A DNA stretch of 20,000 nucleotides from positions 46,378 through 66,377 of the forward strand of contig MEDY01000147.1 in NCBI GenBank assembly GCA_001724265.1, in the 5' to 3' direction. The position numbers and the translations under genes are program-made. Under the pieces are notes generated by a model. The model was not told where the DNA came from and made no database searches. It saw only the letters and a list, made by a program, of their open reading frames with translations. Source of the stretch: Rhizaria sp. SCN 62-66. Taxonomy: Eukaryota. How positions within the stretch are numbered: position 1 is the stretch's first letter; each line of letters opens with the position of its first letter. Shown one piece after another: positions 16,705-20,000 of this stretch.

Positions 16705-18696
16705 ATGGTTCGCCTCGCGCTCGGCGTAATTCACTCCTCCCTCTGCTTCTAATCCAGTCGCTCCAACTTCACAGTCGATGCAGTTCAAAACAATCTTACA
16801 AAGAAAGTAAAAAGATTGGTTGTTTTAATTGTTTGTGCCACTTTCAGTGAATAACATCGTTGATGCTCCTGCCTTTGATCCCTGAATGCACTTTTCGTGA
16901 CGCCATCTCACGGTAACTCCCATCGTCCCCGCTCTGTTTCGCTCTGTCTAGCCCCCGTTCCTGTCCATGGAGCTCAACGTCCCCGACGCCGTGCAGCAGA
17001 TCCCTGGCGACTTTTCCCCGGGCATTACGCTCGCGCGCTTTACGCGCACGACCGCGGAGGAGGCCGCGCCCGCGCACTCGTGGGAATCGCTTGACACGAG
17101 CATCTACTCGGTCCGCGCCACCCCCGACCTCGAGAACTACACAGCCCCCGCGGCGCCTGCGCTGTTCGAGACCTTTGCCGTTGACTTTGTGCACTCGGAT
17201 CTTAAGGTGACGTCGGTGGCGCGCCGCATCACGCTCAACAACGAGCTCAAGGCCGACGGCAAGATGGTTGGCGGGATTCCCCGCGTCTTCATCATGAACT
17301 GGGTGCTGCCGCGCTACGACCCGCCGAACCCGCTCTGGGGCGCAGACCAGACTAACGGCGAGGGGTACAACATTATCATCTACGCCAAGCTTGCCGCCAA
17401 CATCCAGCAGGCCATCGGTACGTCAAGTCACCAACAAGAGCAACTTTTAACAAACCAATGCAGGTCGTGTTTGTGTTGTTAGCAACAGGTTTACCTCCAC
17501 AAATTCGTGGTGTGTCACAATTTCCGGCTGCATTCTTATAGATAACATGCAAATAACTTTAGTTCTTCTTCATATTTAAAATTTTTTTCTTTCTGTCGTG
17601 TCATTGCGCCTGTCGCAGAGAAAGCCCTGGCCGACGGGTGGGACATGTCCTTCTGGGCCGCGACGCTGGGCCTGGACGACGCCGCCCTGCTCGCTGCCGC
17701 AACGGCCGAGGCGGCGCTGATGTTCCCGCCGCTGCGCGAGCCGGCGAACCCGGACGCGCAGTCGCTGATCGGATCGCTCTTCTCCTGGGGCGGCGGCGCC
17801 GCAGCGGCCGACGACGAGGCGACCGTGGCGGCCCGCAAGCGGTACGAGCAGTGGAAGGACCTCTCGGCCAAGCGCGAGGCGCGGCGCGTGGAGTACATCA
17901 CGGCCTTTACGGCCAAGGCGCGGCTCCCGGTCCCCGCGGGGCTGCCTAACGCGCTCGCGCTCATCCACCGCATTGTCAACGGGCGGCGCAGCGCGTACAA
18001 CATGCGCAACCGCGCCGTGAACCTACTACAGCCAACGCTGCCGGTGCCGCTGGTGACCGCAGCGGGCGTCGAGGCCATCTACCACGGCGATGACGGCGAC
18101 GACGAGATGATGGACGCGGCTGAGGCGCTGCAGGCCGAGCGCGAGGACGCAGAGGACAAGGCTAACCTCAACTGGGCCATGGCGCGGATGCGCATTGTGA
18201 CACGCATCTGCAACCTCGATGCCTGCCAGTTCAACGCCGTGGTCAAGCCGCTCGCGGAGAAGTACAACGGCTGCCCGTACGTTTCCCGACGCGATTGTGT
18301 CCTCTTGCCGTATCATTTTTATTGAGTGTGTTCATTGATATCATGTCTCACTGCCTTTTTCAATCCTCTTGCGGTCTCTTTGCTTTTACTCCCCACAGCT
18401 ACTTTGTTGCCGACTGCCAACGGCTGGAGACCACGGGCCCGGTTTTTGAGGCCAGCATCGACGTGCACCAGTTCTCCTACCTCTCCAAGCTCGGGCTTGC
18501 CGCCTGCCGCGACATCCTGACCGTGCTCATCTTCGACGTGCTGCTCGTGGCGCAGGGTTCCCTCGCTGCGGAGCTGCCCGAGGTGCCCACGCTCGGCGTT
18601 CGCATTAACCAGATGCGCCTCGAGGGCGCGCCCAACATTACCTCGGAGCGCGACAGGGAGCTCAGCGCCATGATGAGCCCCAAGAGCCCCGAGTAA
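16705..18696 (+). CDS. EDR2 C-terminal (DUF1336)-like domain protein, ~470 aa; exons 16705-16707 (tentative), 16952-17417, 17619-18276, 18399-18696; alternative start at ATG 16967
   Basis: Motifs W...YSVR...ALFETFAVDF, IPRVFIMNWVLPRY...GEGYNIIIYAKL, RMRIV.RI.N...KYNGCP, FEASIDVHQFSYLSKLGL and QG..AAELPE..LG.RI match the recalled plant/protist DUF1336 pattern. Introns 17418-17618 and 18277-18398 are GTACGT...CAG and phase-compatible. Confidence 0.8.
17418..17618 (+). other. Intron, 201 bp, phase 1
   Basis: ATC G|GTACGT...CGCAG|AG AAA GCC. Confidence 0.87.
18277..18398 (+). other. Intron, 122 bp, phase 2
   Basis: TGC CC|GTACGT...CACAG|C TAC TTT. Confidence 0.87.
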
Positions 18697-19145
18697 GAGT
18701 AAACGCCGAGTATAGCGCCCGATCACAGTCTGCTGTCTTGGGGTCAAAGGGTGAGTGTGCAAAGTCTGAACGAGTTTTTGCGCTGTCGCCGCTGTTTTAC
18801 TCTGAACACACCTGGATGAACAGTCTCATCAAATCCTGAATTCAGTGCTTTTGTGCTGCTATTCCTGCTATTCCTCGGCAGGCGAAGTCTTGGGTAGGCG
18901 CTGTGGCAGAAGCAATCGGTGCACATGTGCTTTGTATGGTGTTTTGTCTTGTTTTGTTGTGGCTCTGGTTTCATTTTTCAAGTGTAAATGACTGTGAGCA
19001 AACACGGCAAATCTAACACTCTATCAATGCTGAAGCATGACTGCTGACCCCGTTATGGACGCTGTTGATGGTTACTGTTGTTTCCACGATGCAGTATTCC
19101 TCCTGTTGATGCTTGTTGGTTGCGACACACGCGTTAGCGTGCTTT

Positions 19146-19235
<90 letters not shown>

Positions 19236-19252
19236 GTTGTTGCTGTTGTTGT
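19146..19252. repeat. (TTG)n/(CAA)n microsatellite
   Basis: About 29 perfect TTG units at 19146-19232, then a short degenerate tail. Confidence 0.97.
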
Positions 19253-20000
19253 ATGTTTAACACAAACTTGTCAAATTATCATATTTTCTTTTTTCTCATG
19301 AAGTCGTTTCGTCATAAGGTTATCACATTTTCTGTTGCCAACAGGTTGCAGGACTCTGGCATATAGCAATTACAACAGCAAGCTTGAGCGTGTTTTGATG
19401 CTGTTCCTTCGTTGTTTTACTGCTTGTTTTGGTCATTTGCGATGTGGTCGCACTCTGACGCTTCCAACGTCTGTCCTATATTTGCAATATTCGCTTCACC
19501 TCAGTTCGTTATCTTCGTGTTGTGGAAGTCCGCCGAACGTCTGTTGTCATCGTTGACTTCGTCGACTAAGTCAAACCAAAACAATATCAACTGTAAAGAA
19601 CTTAACAATTTTACACGTTTATATATAACAGCCCGTTTCAGTTTGCTTACCAACCAAATATTACTAGTCATACAAAGCTCTCTTGCTTGTGATTTCCCAA
19701 TGGGTAGCTTGGGTAAGGGTGAAGCTCTCGATGTTGCGCACACAAGAAGTAATGGTGTGCGTCAAGGGCATTGTTATAAAATCAATAGATTCGAACTGGA
19801 AAACAACGAAAAAATCGTCGATTTTATGAACCTACATTTGACTGGGAACTCGATATTGGGCTGCGGAGCGACAAAGTGTAGGTTGTACAAGATGAGTTTA
19901 TTGAATAACCCCTATGTAGCGTCAACTAAAAAACGCGATTTCGCGCTTTTTTTGCGACTTTGGCGCACTTTCGTAGAAGTTATCAAACTACGTGGTTTAT

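Noticed and set aside
2763-18696. All five complete genes end in TAA, hinting at stop-codon reassignment
   Set aside because: No in-frame TAG or TGA occurs in any reconstructed exon and five genes is too few; the standard code is sufficient.
19037-19366. Poly-Val, poly-Leu and poly-Thr ORFs
   Set aside because: Translations of the TTG microsatellite.

Overview
Gene-dense eukaryotic window, most likely from a flagellated protist (it encodes IFT172). Exons are GC-rich; the short AT-rich GT-AG introns have a near-invariant GTACGT donor. Six protein genes can be reconstructed: (1) CDC45 on the minus strand, running off the left edge and absent from the ORF track; (2) a PSTAIRE cyclin-dependent kinase with a non-canonical T-loop and a poly-Gln tail; (3) a Cgr1/CCDC86-like ribosome biogenesis protein whose first coding exon is just ATG; (4) an unrecognised ~574-aa protein with a signal peptide, an acidic pro-like segment, a ~197-aa Arg/Lys/Gly/Ala domain holding four C-x8-C repeats, and a coiled-coil-like C-terminus; (5) IFT172 (~1954 aa, 3 exons); (6) an EDR2-C/DUF1336-like protein. 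The best novelty candidates are gene 4 (a possible secreted polycationic precursor) and a nested inverted-repeat element at 4581-4869 between the divergent CDK and Cgr1 genes. All family calls come from recalled motifs, not database searches.
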